Part shown: positions 23,998 through 33,399 of the stretch, piece after piece
Numbering within the stretch: position 1 is the first letter of the stretch
Layout of the letters: each line of letters opens with the position of its first letter
From: a virus
Taxonomy: Duplodnaviria; Caudoviricetes
Direction: 5' to 3' (one strand)
IMG/VR virus record: IMGVR_UViG_3300031555_004891
DNA: 64,000 bases
The notes under the pieces: generated by a model
Seen by the model: only the letters and a program-made list of their open reading frames with translations
Database searches by the model: none
Told to the model about the DNA's origin: nothing
Made by a program: the position numbers and the translations under genes

Positions 23998-24777
23998 ATG
24001 AGTAAAGTAAAAAATTGGTTTAAGTAGGAATGGAATGAGATCAAAACACTTTTAAGTAATGTTAACCCTTTAGTTATGACCTTTTTTATTCTAGGTGTTG
24101 TGGCTATGAATTTGCTAGCTAATAAGTCTATTGATTTAAGTTTTCTTCCTGGAAATGATGTTAATAACGGTGAGTTTGGTTGGTTAGCTTTAGATTGTGG
24201 CTTTTTAATCTCATGGTTATGCTTTTTTTCAATGGACAATATAGCTAGACGTTTCGGTCCTAAAGCATCAACCCAAATGACCATTGTTGCTATAGTTGTT
24301 AATTTAATTGTTTGTGGAATATTTCTGCTAGCTGGTATAATTCCTGGAACATGGGGTGAAAGTTATGTAGAAAATGGTGCGATTATAAATACTGCTTTAG
24401 ATAACACAATATCTGGAAGTTGGTATGTATTAATGGGATCAACTGTAGCATTTATTTGCTCAGCAATAGTACATGGGTTAGCTAGTACAGCTATAAGCAA
24501 AATCTTTAAGGATAAAGAGACACTTAAAGCATACGCAGTATGTAGTGCAGTAGGAACTAGCTTAGGCCAATTTGTAGATAATATGATTTTTGCTTTAATT
24601 GTAAGCTTAAACTTTTTTGGTTGGAATATTTTACAATGCATAATGTGTTCAATTACTGGTATGATATTTGAGTTTCTAATGAGTGTAATTTTTGTTCCTA
24701 TTGGTCATAAGATATATAAGAATGATCAAGAGCGAGCAAATAGAAAAGATGAGGTAGGATTCGAATGCGAGTTTTAA
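23998..24777 (+). CDS. yhhQ: VUT/YhhQ-family queuosine precursor (preQ0/preQ1) transporter
   Basis: Multi-TM; MNLLANK, DNIARRFGPKA, GSTVAF, GQFVDNMIF motifs; ATG after AAGGAG, TAG at codon 10. Confidence 0.8.
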
Positions 24778-25424
24778 TTACAGGAACATCTAAAGGAATA
24801 GGAAAAGCTATAGCTGAAAAATTTATTTATGAGCATGCTGATTGGGAAATCATTGGCTTTGATAGACTAGATTCTACTATAGATAAACCTAATTACAAAC
24901 ATTATAAAGTAGATGTTAGAGATGTAGAAAATTACCCAGATATTTCTAATATAAATATTATAATTAACAACGCTGGAACTCAGAATGAAGATGATATTAA
25001 CATTAACTTAAAGGGTGCGATTTCTATTACCGAGCGTTATGGAATCCAACCTGGAATTAAAAGTATCTTAATGATTGGGTCAGCGAGTGCACATACTGGT
25101 GATGAATTCCCTCAATACGTTGCTTCGAAAGGTGGTTTAATAGCTTACACAAAAAATGTAGCTAGAAGAATTGCTAAATATGGGGCAACCTGTAACAGCT
25201 TAGACTTTGGAGGTGTTTTAACCGAGTTAAATAAACCTGTTATGGAAAACAAAGAATGCTGGGATAAGATAATGGAAGTAACAGCATTAAAGCGTTGGAT
25301 GGAACCAGAAGAGACAGCTGATTGGGCTTATTTTGTTACTGTAATCAACAAAGGTATGACTGCGCAAACGCTTCTTATTGATAATGGGGAAGCTTCGATT
25401 GTAAACAATTTCCAATGGTGTTAA
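24765..25424 (+). CDS. SDR family NAD(P)-dependent oxidoreductase
   Basis: TGTSKGIG, NNAG, catalytic S...YVASK; overlaps transporter stop. Confidence 0.9.
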   Translation: MRVLITGTSKGIGKAIAEKFIYEHADWEIIGFDRLDSTIDKPNYKHYKVDVRDVENYPDISNINIIINNAGTQNEDDININLKGAISITERYGIQPGIKSILMIGSASAHTGDEFPQYVASKGGLIAYTKNVARRIAKYGATCNSLDFGGVLTELNKPVMENKECWDKIMEVTALKRWMEPEETADWAYFVTVINKGMTAQTLLIDNGEASIVNNFQWC

Positions 25425-25431
25425 AAAAATT

Positions 25432-25482
25432 AGTCAACTAGGTTAAAATCTAGTTGACTTTTCTTTTCAAATTTATTATAAT
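25432..25482 (+). promoter_or_regulatory. Terminator hairpin fused to sigma70-type promoter
   Basis: AGTCAACTAG/CTAGTTGACT stem plus T tract; TTGACT(25454)-N17-TATAAT(25477). Confidence 0.75.
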
Positions 25483-25513
25483 ATATGTATACTAATAAAA
25501 TGTGAGGTACCGC

Positions 25514-26818
25514 ATGTTTAAAGATTTTGTAGACTTATGCACTAAATTAGCTGGAACAACTAGTCGACTCAAGAAAGAAGAATACTTGAGAGAATATGAA
25601 AATAATGATTATGTAAAGAAATGCTTATATTTTAGATTTAACCCATACATCACTACAGGTATTTCTAAAAAGAAGATTTCTAAATTACAGCAATCATTTG
25701 AAGATAGAATTGTAGACCCTAATTATAATGTTTTAGATCTGCTGGATTATATTAAAGAGCATAATACAGGTAGAGATGTAGATTTGAGCAAGCTTGAGAG
25801 TTATGCTGAGATGAATTCGCCTTACGCTGATATTATTTATGGTTTAGTTTCAAAAGAATTGAATTTAGGTATTCAAGCAATCACACTTAATAAAGTTTAT
25901 GGTGATAATTTTGTTCCAACGTTTGATTTAATGTTAGCTATGAAATATTTCGATGATCCAGATAAATATCTTCCAGATGGTACAGAATTTGACATTACAG
26001 CAAAACTAGATGGCGTAAGATGTGTTTGCTTTTATGATACTGATTCTATTAAATTCTTTAGCCGTCAAGGTCAACCTATTTATGGCTTAAATCAATTGGA
26101 AGAAGCAGTCAGAGAAAACTTAACACCTGGGTATGTTTATGATGGTGAGCTTCTGTTAAATAGATCAGATCTACACAGTAAAGATTTGTATAGAGCAACA
26201 GTAAAAGTAACATCTGCTGATGCTGTAAAAGAAAATATAGTTTTCAATATTTTTGATAGACTTTCAATAGAAGAATTCAAAAGAGGCTATTCGGATAGTA
26301 TTTCTAGAGATAGAAAAGATGCTTTGCATGCAGAATTGCAGCGTAATAAATCAGAATTCTTAAAAGAAGTAGAAATTCTTTATAGAGGAACAGATAAGTC
26401 TAAAATTCAATATTGGTTGGATAAAATTACATCAGAAGGCGGCGAAGGTGTAATGCTCAACTTATGTAATAGTCCATATGAGTGTAAAAGAAGTAAAGTA
26501 ATTCTTAAAGTAAAGAAAATGCAATCCGCAGATTTAAAATGTATTGCAGTAGAAGAAGGTACTGGTCAAAATGTTGGTAGACTAGGTGCAGCTATTGTAC
26601 AACTTCCTGTAGAAGATAAAATCTATGAAGTAAGTGTTGGTTCCGGTTTCACATTCGAAGATCGAGAATACTTCTGGAATAATAGAGAAGAAATTGTCGG
26701 TAAAATTATCGAGGTACAGTATTTCGAGATAACGCAAAACCAGCAAGGCGGATATAGTTTGAGATTCCCTGTATTTAAAGCAGTAAGAAACGATAAAACA
26801 GAAGTATCTATGTTTTAA
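25514..26818 (+). CDS. ATP-dependent DNA ligase
   Basis: TAKLDGVR (KxDG), DGELL, EGVML, LKVK, VGSGF, SLRFPVF; ATG after GAGGT. Confidence 0.92.
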   Translation: MFKDFVDLCTKLAGTTSRLKKEEYLREYENNDYVKKCLYFRFNPYITTGISKKKISKLQQSFEDRIVDPNYNVLDLLDYIKEHNTGRDVDLSKLESYAEMNSPYADIIYGLVSKELNLGIQAITLNKVYGDNFVPTFDLMLAMKYFDDPDKYLPDGTEFDITAKLDGVRCVCFYDTDSIKFFSRQGQPIYGLNQLEEAVRENLTPGYVYDGELLLNRSDLHSKDLYRATVKVTSADAVKENIVFNIFDRLSIEEFKRGYSDSISRDRKDALHAELQRNKSEFLKEVEILYRGTDKSKIQYWLDKITSEGGEGVMLNLCNSPYECKRSKVILKVKKMQSADLKCIAVEEGTGQNVGRLGAAIVQLPVEDKIYEVSVGSGFTFEDREYFWNNREEIVGKIIEVQYFEITQNQQGGYSLRFPVFKAVRNDKTEVSMF

Positions 26819-26829
26819 TTAAAAATAAA

Positions 26830-26882
26830 AAGATCAGCTATAACGTAAAATAGTTGATCTTTTCCCATATTTATTATATAAT
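26830..26882 (+). promoter_or_regulatory. Terminator hairpin fused to sigma70-type promoter
   Basis: AAGATCAGCTAT/ATAGTTGATCTT stem; TTGATC(26854)-N17-TATAAT(26877). Confidence 0.7.
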
Positions 26883-26916
26883 ATATGTGTAAATAAATAG
26901 AAGAGGTATTTTTGTT

Positions 26917-28356
26917 ATGTTGCTAGTAGATTATTATTTTTATATTATTAAAGTATGCTATAAAAATAAGTGTGTATTTAAGTTTGGCGAATCTAAAACT
27001 GATAGACCAAAAAAGCTTTTAAAAGAATATGAAAATAAAAAGAATGTAACTGCAAAACTTCTCTACACAGATACACTTCCAAATAATGGGTATAATAGAT
27101 TATCTGATAAAGTTATTCATAAATATATTTCTAAAATGTATGAAAAAGCTAATAAGTATGAGATTCAAGTAGAGTTGGGTACAACTGATGGAATAACTGA
27201 GTTTTTTATTTGCAAGATTGGAGAATCTGATGATAAACTAGTTGAAAACTTAAAAAATATTGTATATACTATTGATACTAATCATTATAAAATTGCAGTA
27301 GAGTATTTAGATAATATCGAAAAAATACATTTTCCTCAAAACCATCAGGTCTGCTTCTATTATACTGATGCGATGGAAAAATTAGGTAATTTTCAATTAT
27401 GTGATGAGAAAGATAAACTAATAGTACTTATCGGTCAATTTACACCACAATATATAAATAGATTTGCATTCAGAAATAAAATAATAATCTGGCAAGATTC
27501 TGGTGAGACAGAATTTGCTTATGAGGATTCGAGATGTAATCAAAACATCACTTACATTTCAGATTTGGAGACATTAATTAAGATGAATCAAGACAATAAA
27601 TTTAATTATGTTTTAAGCAACCCACCATACGAATTTGCAAGCCAAATAACAAAAGCTATAATTGATAATGTAAACTTTGATACTTTTGTTAATTTAATGC
27701 CATTAAGTGATTATAATAAAGATAGTTTGTATCGATATGTAAGCAAGTTTGAGTTGGTTGACCCTACTAAATTTAAAGATGCGAAAATCACTAAAAATTT
27801 AAACATAGCAGTTATTGAACCAGATATAGTAGATAAATATTCCGATAGAGAATCTTTTGAAATAGAATCTTTTGATCCTAAATTTAAGTTATTTTATCAA
27901 ATTAATACTAATAGAGAGCATTATTGTTTATCTAGCTTTGCTTATGCTTCTAAATTGAAGTTTCAACCTAATCCATATACTGATGTGTATTTAACATTAA
28001 GAACAATCTTTGATGGTGTACATAAAACTAATAACTGCGCTGATTATAAATGGAATATTGAAAAAATTACATCAAATACGTTGTTAATAAAGAATTTTGG
28101 CGGTGAAGATTGTTTGTGGGGTTCTATATTTAGATTTAAAACCGAAATAGAGCATAAAAATTTTTGTACCTGGTGGTATCACGGTAATTTAAGCCACAAG
28201 CTAATAAAAGGATTAAACAAGACTAGTGGCACTCCAAAAATTGCGTTACCTAGAATTGATTGGTCTCGAACAGATGTAGAATATACCGATGAATATGTTT
28301 TAGAACAAATGGGATTAAAATGGAATGAAAATAAAGATGGGGTAGAGAAATTATGA
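26917..28356 (+). CDS. T5orf172/GIY-YIG-like N-domain fused to N6-adenine MTase catalytic/TRD half
   Basis: YFYIIK...FKFGES...VIHKY...TEFF N-terminus; FNYVLSNPPY and LMP motifs; C-terminal LPRIDWS; no intact GxG motif I. Confidence 0.55.
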   Translation: MLLVDYYFYIIKVCYKNKCVFKFGESKTDRPKKLLKEYENKKNVTAKLLYTDTLPNNGYNRLSDKVIHKYISKMYEKANKYEIQVELGTTDGITEFFICKIGESDDKLVENLKNIVYTIDTNHYKIAVEYLDNIEKIHFPQNHQVCFYYTDAMEKLGNFQLCDEKDKLIVLIGQFTPQYINRFAFRNKIIIWQDSGETEFAYEDSRCNQNITYISDLETLIKMNQDNKFNYVLSNPPYEFASQITKAIIDNVNFDTFVNLMPLSDYNKDSLYRYVSKFELVDPTKFKDAKITKNLNIAVIEPDIVDKYSDRESFEIESFDPKFKLFYQINTNREHYCLSSFAYASKLKFQPNPYTDVYLTLRTIFDGVHKTNNCADYKWNIEKITSNTLLIKNFGGEDCLWGSIFRFKTEIEHKNFCTWWYHGNLSHKLIKGLNKTSGTPKIALPRIDWSRTDVEYTDEYVLEQMGLKWNENKDGVEKL

Positions 28357-28622
28357 AAACAAAAATTTGGGAAAAAGATTTTAATGTATGTGGATTTAAA
28401 GCAGAGGATAAAGAACTTCTTCGTAAATATGTACCAAATATGGATACATGCTTATCTATTAAAAAGATAGCAAAAAGCGCTGCTGAGTTATCAATGCTTG
28501 ATGGTACATCTTATTATGTATCCTGCTATATTGGTGGAGTAAATAAAGGTCATATTTGTTGTATACAAACAACAGAAAAAAGATCTGCTGACAGGAAACG
28601 TTTATATCCTATAAAAGAATAA
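28353..28622 (+). CDS. Hypothetical protein
   Basis: ATGA overlap with upstream gene. Confidence 0.5.
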   Translation: MKTKIWEKDFNVCGFKAEDKELLRKYVPNMDTCLSIKKIAKSAAELSMLDGTSYYVSCYIGGVNKGHICCIQTTEKRSADRKRLYPIKE

Positions 28623-28674
28623 TGTGCAGGATATTCAATAATAAAATAAAAAAAAATAGGAAGTATAAACAAAA

Positions 28675-29037
28675 ATGTCTAACTATATAACAATTATTTC
28701 AAAAGAAGATATAAAATATTTACCAGACTGGATAGCATTTGTTATGTTTGCTATTCTAGCAGCTATTGTAATTATTCCAACAGTTATTAGTTGGGCTATA
28801 GTAAAGAAAAAGAATAAACCATGGATTAATATACTTTGTACTGAGGTTATTTCTGGTGCTGTTGCTATTATAGGTGTTATCATTTTTGTTTTTACTGTGC
28901 AACCACATATGTTAGAACCATCAGGAAAATATACATATAAAGCAACTGTTGATAAAAATAAAATTACTGTTTCAGAATATGAAGATTTTATTGAGAAGTA
29001 TAAACCTAAATTTCAAGATGGTTATTATTACTTCTAA
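28675..29037 (+). CDS. Hypothetical membrane protein
   Basis: Two hydrophobic TM segments. Confidence 0.6.
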   Translation: MSNYITIISKEDIKYLPDWIAFVMFAILAAIVIIPTVISWAIVKKKNKPWINILCTEVISGAVAIIGVIIFVFTVQPHMLEPSGKYTYKATVDKNKITVSEYEDFIEKYKPKFQDGYYYF

Positions 29038-29054
29038 GCAGAAGATATAGAGAA

Positions 29055-29270
29055 ATGAAAATATATAATATAGGAAATTATAGAGTACATCTCAGCAATA
29101 AGAAGAAGCCTGAGTCAAATTACAGCAAATTTATTGTTTATAAAAATGGGGTAAAAGGTGACCTAGATGGTGGCTACTTGAGATGGGAAAACGAAGACGT
29201 GATTGTTCCTAGATTAACAAAAGTATTAAAAGAATGGGATAACCTAGATGTTGGAAAAGAAAACATTTGA
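29055..29270 (+). CDS. Hypothetical protein
   Basis: ORF in operon context. Confidence 0.5.
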   Translation: MKIYNIGNYRVHLSNKKKPESNYSKFIVYKNGVKGDLDGGYLRWENEDVIVPRLTKVLKEWDNLDVGKENI

Positions 29271-29982
29271 TTTAATTATAAGCAACCCACCTTATAAATA
29301 TGGGAATGAGGTTATTAAAAATACTTTATAGGTAACCGGAGAAAAAGCCGTTATACTAATGCCTGCTGCTAAATATAAAGCAGATAGGCTTTTCTCCCAT
29401 ATCGAGAATATTGAGTTAGCTGATAAAAATTTCTTTAAAGATAAGAAGCAGGATATTAAACCTGATTTAAGCATAGCTGTATGTGTAGCTGATAGTAATG
29501 ATGAAATAACTTTTGAAAAGGTTATGGATTCTCTATTACCAGAAGATATAGCGCAATTTTTGGACTTAAATAGAAAATTGAGTAAGAAATATGATCGATT
29601 AACTTATATGAAAAGTATGAGAGAAAAAGTTTCTGGAAATAAAGAATATTTTATGGTTCCTTATTGGCAGCATGTTGGTTGTGCTAGATCTGATAAAAGC
29701 GTAACTAGAAAATATAATTTTGGCGATACAGATGCGATAAATAAAATATTAAACAGTGATATGTGCTATAGCGTTTTGAAATTTCCTTCTTCTGCTTATT
29801 GGAATAATTTCTTTAATTGGTATTATAAAAATGATATTCAAGATTATATTTTATTAAACTGCTGTGATTTATTATATCCTAGTTACATATGGTTCCCGCA
29901 GATAGATTTTTCTATAGATAGAGATTATGCAAATTTAACTTTTCTTCAACTTTTAGAAATAATGTTTTCGGAAATAAAGTAA
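29248..29982 (+). CDS. N6-adenine MTase catalytic (NPPY) plus TRD half
   Basis: Code 15: MLEKKTFDLIISNPPY...[TAG 29329]...VILMP; C-terminal FPQIDFS; lacks SAM-binding motif I. Confidence 0.65.
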
Positions 29983-30029
29983 CACAAAATATGATCCTGT
30001 ATAAAGATATAAAGGGGTAATGTACTTTT

Positions 30030-30455
30030 ATGCAATTATCTAATGAAATAAAAGAAAAAATAAAAACAGAATACACAGAGTGGTTTAATTCTCAATATGG
30101 TGATAAAACATTAGAAGAGAGAAGAAAATTAGGTGCTTTTTTCACACCGCCTGAGCTAACCATTAAAATGATAGAGAAATTCGATTCTATAGAAAACAAA
30201 ACTATTCTAGACCCTACATGTGGTACAGGTAATTTATTAGCAGGTTGCATAATAGCAGGTGCTAATCCAGAAATGATTTATGGAAACGAATATGATCCAA
30301 CATTTGTACAGTTATGTAGAGATAGATTGAAAAAATTAGGTGTTCCTGAGTCTAATATACATGAGGGTGATGCACTTAATCCAGAAGCATTAAAGAGAAG
30401 TAATTTCACAGATAACTGGAATAAAGATGTTGGTTGTAAAACAGAATTATGGTAA
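30030..30455 (+). CDS. N6-adenine MTase SAM-binding half (motifs X, I-III)
   Basis: LGAFFTPPEL, ILDPTCGTGNLL, IYGNEYD, GDAL; stops before motif IV; ends KTELW. Confidence 0.75.
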   Translation: MQLSNEIKEKIKTEYTEWFNSQYGDKTLEERRKLGAFFTPPELTIKMIEKFDSIENKTILDPTCGTGNLLAGCIIAGANPEMIYGNEYDPTFVQLCRDRLKKLGVPESNIHEGDALNPEALKRSNFTDNWNKDVGCKTELW

Positions 30456-30464
30456 AAAGATATT

Positions 30465-30623
30465 ATGAAAATTTGGAAAATGAAAGATTGTTTTTATTCA
30501 GATATCATAAAAGAATTAAATAATTTAGAAAAGAAACATGCTGTTGTTAGAGAAATTACAGCTAGTAATGAACACTGGTTTACAATATTTTACACTATAG
30601 AAGATAAGGTAGAAGAAGAATGA
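30465..30623 (+). CDS. Small hypothetical protein (52 aa)
   Basis: ATG 30465, TGA overlapping next ATG. Confidence 0.45.
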   Translation: MKIWKMKDCFYSDIIKELNNLEKKHAVVREITASNEHWFTIFYTIEDKVEEE

Positions 30624-31102
30624 GATTTTGTAATGTATGTGATTGCACAGATGCTAAAAATGATTGCAAGACATGTAAATATAGAGAAGAATGTGATTAT
30701 GTTTGGGTAACAGAAATTTGGAAAAAGAATCAGAAGCTCTTAACGCCATTAAACCCAGGTTGGGTTAAGCCTGATTTTAAAAATAATCACGTAGTAACAG
30801 TTAGTGGTAAATATGATTTTTGTGTTTTTAACGTACCAAAAAAGACTGAGACTATAACTATAAATGACATTTGTGTTGATGAGGCTGGAAGAGGTCAGGG
30901 TTTATCTAAAAAACTTATTTATGGGTTAATGGAAAAATATGATCGAGATATTATAGCTAAATGCGTAAAAGATAGCTCAGCAGAAGATTTTTGGTCTCAT
31001 ATGGGCGAAAAGATAGCAGAAGAGCCTGGTAAGCAACGTCCTTTATCTGTGTATAAGGTACGTAATGAAAAAATGAGTATGAGAAAACAGGAATTATTTT
31101 AA
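30620..31102 (+). CDS. GNAT-family acetyltransferase with Cys-rich N-terminus
   Basis: ICVDEAGRGQGLSKKLI acetyl-CoA motif A, AEDFWSHMG motif B; ends KQELF. Confidence 0.8.
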   Translation: MRFCNVCDCTDAKNDCKTCKYREECDYVWVTEIWKKNQKLLTPLNPGWVKPDFKNNHVVTVSGKYDFCVFNVPKKTETITINDICVDEAGRGQGLSKKLIYGLMEKYDRDIIAKCVKDSSAEDFWSHMGEKIAEEPGKQRPLSVYKVRNEKMSMRKQELF

Positions 31103-31172
31103 TAATTTTATTAAATATGAAAGCACTGTTTTTGTATAAATATAATGAAACATAGACATTTTGGAGGAAGTA

Positions 31173-32234
31173 ATGGAAAAACTAATCAATCAAGATTGGA
31201 CTAATCCTTTTACTAATTGTAAAATAGGTGAAGATTATTATGGAATTATAGCTGCTGGCGAAGGTGTTAAAAATGTAAAAATGCCTGATGGGACTATTCT
31301 TGATGCTAGCGATGTTAAGAGAGATTTGGGTTATCCACAACTTTTTGCTTGGAATTTAGAAGGAAAAGCCTTGTTGGAATGGGTTGAGTATTTAGATAAA
31401 AATCCTGATTGTCCCTGTAAGTTAGTTGTTGACTCAGGTGCGTATTCTATGTGGAGCCGTGGAAAAGAATTTGATATGGATGAGTATATCAATTTCTTAA
31501 ACAGTAATGATGTTATAGAAAAAGCTTTTTGGGTAGCAGAAGCTGACGTTATCCCTGGAAGTATGGGTGTAGATCCAACAGAAGAAGAAAGAGCAGCAGC
31601 ACCTGAAAAAAGCTGGGAAAACTTCTTATATATGGTAGATAGAGTTAAAATTCCTAAGAAAATTGTACCTATTTTCCATCAAGGTGAAGATATCAAGCAT
31701 TTGAGACGAATGTTAGCTTATAGATATCCAGATGGTGATTTCATTCCATATATTGGAATTTCTCCTCGAAATGATGTCCATGTTAATGAAAAATCAAAAT
31801 GGTATGAGTATATTTGGAAAGTTATTTATGAAGATTGTGCAGCTTTAGGTCGGGATATTCCATTGACTCATAACTTTGGTATGACTACTATAGCTCTCAT
31901 GGAGCAGTATCCTAGTTACACATCAGATTCGACTTCATGGATTAGAAGCGCATCTTTTGGTAATATAATGATTATAGTAAATGGTAAAATAAAAACTGTA
32001 TACGTAAGTAATCGAGGATTAGATAGAGATGAGCACATCAATAATCAACCTAAAGCATTAAAAGATGCTGTAGAAGATTGGTGTAAGAAATTAGGCTATG
32101 GCTACACTGTAGAAGCTTTAGTAAATGATGATAATGGAAGCTTGAGAATGATTTGGAATCTTCTAGTTTTAGATCAATGGAGAAAAACCTTCAAATATGA
32201 GGGTACACAATCGTTTAAGACCGAGCTTTGGTAA
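31173..32234 (+). CDS. dpdA: DpdA-type DNA 7-deazaguanine transglycosylase (TGT fold)
   Basis: VVDSGAYS, ADVIPG, VPIFHQGED, HNFGMT, DSTSW motifs; ATG after GGAGG; ends KTELW. Confidence 0.8.
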   Translation: MEKLINQDWTNPFTNCKIGEDYYGIIAAGEGVKNVKMPDGTILDASDVKRDLGYPQLFAWNLEGKALLEWVEYLDKNPDCPCKLVVDSGAYSMWSRGKEFDMDEYINFLNSNDVIEKAFWVAEADVIPGSMGVDPTEEERAAAPEKSWENFLYMVDRVKIPKKIVPIFHQGEDIKHLRRMLAYRYPDGDFIPYIGISPRNDVHVNEKSKWYEYIWKVIYEDCAALGRDIPLTHNFGMTTIALMEQYPSYTSDSTSWIRSASFGNIMIIVNGKIKTVYVSNRGLDRDEHINNQPKALKDAVEDWCKKLGYGYTVEALVNDDNGSLRMIWNLLVLDQWRKTFKYEGTQSFKTELW

Positions 32235-32265
32235 TAAGAAAAAAGACCTGGAGGTATAATATAAA

Positions 32266-33396
32266 ATGATTTTAAGAACAGATGCACTTAAAGATGTATG
32301 TAGTAAGATTTTGAGCGCTGTGGATAGCTCAGAATTATCAGCAGTAACTGAAACGTTAGAATTGAAAGCATTTAATAATGCTTTACATATGCGCGTAACA
32401 AATAAAGAATATTTTGTAGATATTAAGCTTGATGTAGATGGTATTGATAATTTCCACGCTACTGTAAATGCAAATCTTTTCCTTAAGCTTATTTCTCAAA
32501 TTACAACTGAAACTATTGAGCTTAATGTAGTTGATAGAGCTTTAGTCGTAAAAGGAAATGGTGTTTATAAGCTTCCTTTAATTTTTGATGGAGAAGATCT
32601 TCTAGTACTTCCTGAAATTATCATTGAGAATGATACTGTAAACACAAAAATTTCAAGCGAAAATCTTTTGAGTATTTTACAATATAATAGTAAAGAATTG
32701 CTTAAAGGTAATATTGCTAAACCCGTACAAAAATTTTATTATGTAGATGAAAAGGGTGCTATTACTTTCACTACAGGTGCATGTGTAAATAGCTTTAATA
32801 CTGATACACCTTTCACTGTTTTACTTAATAGTAGAATTGTTAAATTATTTAAGTTATTTAAAACTGGTGATGTGCAGTTCACTTTAGGTTATGATGCATT
32901 AAGTGATGATGTTATCCAAACTAAAGTTTGCTTCAAAAATGATAATATAGTATTGACTGCAATTTTGTCCTGTGATGATACTTTGTTAAAGCAAGTTCCT
33001 GTTAATGCTATCAGAGGTAGAGCCGATTTTGTTTACCCTCATTCCATAACTGTTAATAAAGATGCTCTTATCCAAACTATTAGCCGTCTTATGCTTTTTA
33101 GTTCTGGTATTGGTGGTAAAGAAATCGTTAAACCTTACAGTATGTTTGAATTTAAAGAATCTAGTATGATTGTTTGGGATGTTAAGAAAGAGCAAAACGA
33201 AGAAGTTATTTATACTAATTCTGATCCATCACTTTCTACTAAATATACTACTATGTTAGACCTTAATGATTTGAAACTTACTCTCGAGTCTTGCTCAGAA
33301 CAATATGTAACACTTAACTTTGGTAATAAGCAAGCAATGGTGTTAGCTAGAGCAAATGTTAAAACTGTTATACCTGAAATTGTAACCATGGAGTAA
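32266..33396 (+). CDS. dnaN: Sliding clamp (DNA Pol III beta-like)
   Basis: 376 aa three-domain size; N-terminal LKDVCSKILSAV, ATVNANLFLKLISQI pattern; clamp loader genes also present. Confidence 0.75.
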   Translation: MILRTDALKDVCSKILSAVDSSELSAVTETLELKAFNNALHMRVTNKEYFVDIKLDVDGIDNFHATVNANLFLKLISQITTETIELNVVDRALVVKGNGVYKLPLIFDGEDLLVLPEIIIENDTVNTKISSENLLSILQYNSKELLKGNIAKPVQKFYYVDEKGAITFTTGACVNSFNTDTPFTVLLNSRIVKLFKLFKTGDVQFTLGYDALSDDVIQTKVCFKNDNIVLTAILSCDDTLLKQVPVNAIRGRADFVYPHSITVNKDALIQTISRLMLFSSGIGGKEIVKPYSMFEFKESSMIVWDVKKEQNEEVIYTNSDPSLSTKYTTMLDLNDLKLTLESCSEQYVTLNFGNKQAMVLARANVKTVIPEIVTME

Positions 33397-33399
33397 TCC

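Noticed and set aside
31173-32234. Ordinary tRNA-guanine transglycosylase (tgt)
   Set aside because: Lacks the C-terminal CxCxxC Zn site of bacterial TGT; motif pattern and replication context fit phage DpdA
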